Source of the DNA: Macrostomum hystrix
Lineage: Eukaryota > Animalia > Platyhelminthes
Direction: 5' to 3'
DNA: 64,000 nt
NCBI GenBank assembly: GCA_950097015.1
Contig: CATNEN010000015.1
Location: forward strand, 558,001 to 622,000
Positions 60,355 to 64,000 of this stretch are shown one piece after another. The notes below the pieces were generated by a model. That model was given only the letters and a program-made list of their open reading frames with translations. It did no database searches and was not told the origin of the DNA. The stretch's first letter is position 1; every line of letters starts with the position of its first letter. Made by a program: the position numbers and the translations under genes.

Positions 60355-61439
60355 TCAGTGCTTCGATACCCAGCTGTCTTCGACATAACCGCAGCCGTTG
60401 TTGACTTGGCTTCGCGAGCCGCGGTTGGAGCCGCAGCTCTGCCGCAGCCGGACATCGGCAGCCGCCGCTGTTGTCGCCGACACGGAGTTCGCTCGCCAGA
60501 GCAGCGCATTGCCGAAGTGGTCTCCGTTGCCGCCGTTGATCTCGTGGCCGGTGAGACCTCGGCTCAGCGTGAAGCGCTCCTGGATCTGGCGCTGCAGGCT
60601 CACGGTCTCCTTGCTGGTGGTCAGGTAGTAGAGGAAGCGCTTGATGTCCTTCAGACTTGGCCCGGCCACCTCCACGCGCCGCAGACCGTCTGGAAGGTCC
60701 TGCGCCTCTTCAACAGGCAGCAGCCGCAGGGTGCAGGAGTGCCGCCTGGCCAGCAGGGTGACAATGGTGTCGAACAGGAAAGACTCGGTCTGGGCCAGAT
60801 TCCAGGTGCGCACGTGGAAGAAGTAGAAGGCCCGCTGGCTGCGGTCGCGTCGAGGCACTGGCAGGGGACTCTTAGGCGGCGGTCCGTCGCGGGGTCTCGA
60901 GAAGGTCCGGCACCGGCGGCGCAGGCTGGCCTCTTGTCGGACTTCGCCGATGCGTCTCTGCTGGCTGGCGTTGCCGTGGTCGGAGGCGCTGCGGCCGAGG
61001 TCGCCGGAACCGTCGCCGCCAAGCAGCTTGCTCGGACAGGAGTCGCGACGTTCTCGACGCCGCCGACTGCCCCGCCGTTCGCTGTCGTCGTCCAGCAGAT
61101 CTAGGCCGTCCTCGGGGTCCAGCTCACCGAACAGGTGCAGCTTCTCGAGTCCCTCGACAAGCGAACGGCGCTGAGCGAAGTAGCGCGGCCGGTACAGCAC
61201 GGTCGGGTGGCTGTCGATCACCTCGTAACCGCGGCCCGGGTTGGGCGACTGTGACAGCGCCGGCAAGAAGCGCAGCCGGGGCAGGTCGCGCGACTTGCGG
61301 CTGCGACTGCGGCTCTTGCGTAGCGTCACCTTGAACTGCGAGTCCTCGCTGCAGGTGCTGTTTGTTCGACGCATGAATTGCACGATCGAAGTCAGGCTGC
61401 CGATTGCTCCGGGAACACGCGAAGGCTGCGGCTGCTGCG

Positions 61440-61481
<42 letters not shown>

Positions 61482-61696
61482 GATTCCAGCAGTTTTTAAT
61501 TGGGGTCTCAGAGAGCTGCGATTCTCTGGCAATTTGCGCCGCCGCTGGCCTCACTGGCGGCGTTGGCGGCGGCGTCGGTATCGGCTGGTTCGGTCGAACC
61601 TCGGCATCCGCTGGCACATTCGTGACGAGCTGCGGCAGCGAACCTACTTCGAAGGCAAACGACAGCCGATTGGCCACAGTGGCAAAGCGCTGCGAG
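60355..61696 (-). CDS. Uncharacterised protein exon (polyQ, S/R-rich, possible KH-like fold), 5'-truncated by the duplication junction
   Basis: 440+ aa open frame with GC-rich, exon-like composition; the frame runs across the junction at 61697 into SINE sequence and meets a stop without an ATG. Confidence 0.6.
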
Positions 61697-63297
61697 CCGG
61701 AAGTCTTGCTACAAGGACACCAATTGTTCCCACAGAGTCAGGAATCGAACCCTTGACCCTGAGCGCAGAGCATAGGGAATTTTTGTTTGCACTTTTGTCA
61801 GCGTCGTTGCTTTTTTTCTGTCGCGTAACTCCCCATTTATCTGCGCGAGCTGAAGCTGCCACCTGCCTGCCTACCTGACACGCCCGTCATAAATATTTAT
61901 TGGGCCCTACCCCAGTTTCCATTTCCACCTGTGTGGCAGTTCCCGGCACTTCAGTTTGGATATTGCCAGTGACTCTGGTATCAAATATCGCCACATCTGC
62001 ATCAGCTGCAATCACTGCGTGCAGTTTTGTAGCCTGACAGAACTTTTATTGAAAGCCCCATTAGCGCCTAAGCGATGTACTTTTATGCTTTTCTCATGAT
62101 TTAGCAAATGGACGAGTGACAGAGAAAATGAACATGGTAGCCATTTTTTTCTGCTGAAACTTTATTGCGTTGAACTTTTATTAAATCGATCAATTAGCAG
62201 AAAAAAATCATTTGATGGCAACGAAACAGCTAGCAAATAATGAACAATGACCAAACATGAGCTCTGTGACACCGCAGAATGGCCAACAATAACATATGGG
62301 GGAGTTTTTACAATCAGGCTCAATCTTCACAAACTTTAATTTCTGGAGGCCAATGCAGAGAGTAAAAATAAAAATCACATGACAATTCAATTTAGAATCT
62401 GTGAGACACAAAATATACACCGAATGAACACGAAATCAGCTCTACCACAACAGCTGGCAGAATCGGTCAATACAGTCTATACACCAGCGCATTTAAATAA
62501 AAAAGAGCACAAAAGCACGGAAAAGCGTAAAATATTTTTTGTTTTAATCCACGAAAATTCTGATTAAACACAGCGGAAACAACACTGGGAAATTAATAGC
62601 GAATTTTGCAGTTTTTTAATTGTGCAAATTAATAATGCACAGAATGAAAATTACTCTTGCTTGAATTTGAATTCGTGCGCAAAACCTGCAGGTTTCGGCG
62701 TTTATAACAAAAAAACTGCTGAGGGAGCGAGAATTGATGAAACGGCGCAAATAAATGGACGCACGAGAGATTATTTCGGAATACTCAAATTGAAATTACG
62801 TAAAAATTTTACGACTTGGATGCTGGTCATTCTATTCCGGGTGGCGCCGAGAATTCTGGAACTTCTATCATCGTCAGTTTATTGAGGACAGGAAGGGAAG
62901 TGTGAGACAGAAGCTCACAACAGCAGACGGGTCGAAAAGTACATCTCGGAGTGTACACAGCTTGGCATGTGACAATCGGTGTACATCCGACAGAGTTAGA
63001 CCTTACCCTAGGGGAACGCGAAGGGAGGGATGGGGAGAGGGGAAGGAGTTTAGGAGACAGGGGGGATTTCGCATCCCAGGCCAGAAGGCGACTCCGCGCA
63101 GTTCAATTTGAAATCGGATCATCGCCGTCTCTCGGCTGGGATCTTCGCAGTTAATCTAATCAAGAAGGCCGTAGAATGAACCCGGGTCGATGAGAGTTTG
63201 CTTGAATAGAGCCATGATCAATTGAAGTTTAACTCTGGCTGGCTTTGAAGATCGGAATCTAAACTTGCCTAATTGGGATTTGTCAAAAGCATCTCGA

Positions 63298-64000
63298 TCA
63301 GTGCTTCGATACCCAGCTGTCTTCGACATAACCGCAGCCGTTGTTGACTTGGCTTCGCGAGCCGCGGTTGGAGCCGCAGCTCTGCCGCAGCCGGACATCG
63401 GCAGCCGCCGCTGTTGTCGCCGACACGGAGTTCGCTCGCCAGAGCAGCGCATTGCCGAAGTGGTCTCCGTTGCCGCCGTTGATCTCGTGGCCGGTGAGAC
63501 CTCGGCTCAGCGTGAAGCGCTCCTGGATCTGGCGCTGCAGGCTCACGGTCTCCTTGCTGGTGGTCAGGTAGTAGAGGAAGCGCTTGATGTCCTTCAGACT
63601 TGGCCCGGCCACCTCCACGCGCCGCAGACCGTCTGGAAGGTCCTGCGCCTCTTCAACAGGCAGCAGCCGCAGGGTGCAGGAGTGCCGCCTGGCCAGCAGG
63701 GTGACAATGGTGTCGAACAGGAAAGACTCGGTCTGGGCCAGATTCCAGGTGCGCACGTGGAAGAAGTAGAAGGCCCGCTGGCTGCGGTCGCGTCGAGGCA
63801 CTGGCAGGGGACTCTTAGGCGGCGGTCCGTCGCGGGGTCTCGAGAAGGTCCGGCACCGGCGGCGCAGGCTGGCCTCTTGTCGGACTTCGCCGATGCGTCT
63901 CTGCTGGCTGGCGTTGCCGTGGTCGGAGGCGCTGCGGCCGAGGTCGCCGGAACCGTCGCCGCCAAGCAGCTTGCTCGGACAGGAGTCGCGACGTTCTCGA
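63298..64000 (-). CDS. Second copy of the uncharacterised ORF (continues beyond the window)
   Basis: Identical translation to the C-terminal part of 60355-61677. Confidence 0.6.
   Translation of the reverse strand, partial: RERRDSCPSKLLGGDGSGDLGRSASDHGNASQQRRIGEVRQEASLRRRCRTFSRPRDGPPPKSPLPVPRRDRSQRAFYFFHVRTWNLAQTESFLFDTIVTLLARRHSCTLRLLPVEEAQDLPDGLRRVEVAGPSLKDIKRFLYYLTTSKETVSLQRQIQERFTLSRGLTGHEINGGNGDHFGNALLWRANSVSATTAAAADVRLRQSCGSNRGSRSQVNNGCGYVEDSWVSKH

Larger units (their letters stand above)
58754..64000. repeat. Direct tandem duplication, unit 2943 bp (copy 1 58754-61696; copy 2 from 61697 past the window end)
   Basis: CCGGAAGTCTTGCTACAAGG occurs at 58754 and 61697; ORF pairs are identical with offset 2943 (59265/62208, 59679/62622, 60355/63298); the window end matches 61057. 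Confidence 0.96.

Overview
Eukaryotic (animal) genomic DNA with spliceosomal GT-AG introns; no prokaryotic features and no CRISPR. GC-rich exons separated by minisatellite-filled introns, plus a near-identical tandem duplication, suggest a free-living flatworm such as Macrostomum (inference only). Genes reconstructed exon by exon: carboxypeptidase Q (+, 1682-9140), a CUB-LDLa-TM protein (+, 14348-15486, first exon not found), an intronless secreted PAN/apple plus LamG-like protein (-, 16618-17643), two PAN/apple exons (+, ~20.5 kb and ~23.3 kb), a PhyH-family 2OG/Fe(II) dioxygenase (-, 27916-29489), PRDM10 (-, 31735-38838), RMND5/GID2 (+, 42468-47012), and an orphan ORF (-, 60355-61696) inside a 2943-bp tandem duplication. 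Mobile elements: a 5'-truncated, frameshifted APE-RT-RNase H LINE with a (GAA)n tail inserted in a minisatellite in CPQ intron 4, an RTE-like remnant, two tRNA-derived SINE families and MITE-like pieces. About 23 kb (roughly a third of the window) consists of ~25 minisatellite arrays with 13-51 bp units; 9 of the 10 reconstructed introns over 500 nt each hold a different array. Most long ORFs in the supplied track are read-throughs of these arrays. Best leads: the intron-private minisatellites, HDV-ribozyme signature motifs in permuted order inside a SINE, the minisatellite-targeted LINE, the SINE-bounded duplication and a perfect 54-bp palindrome. Coordinates were read by eye; array edges are approximate.
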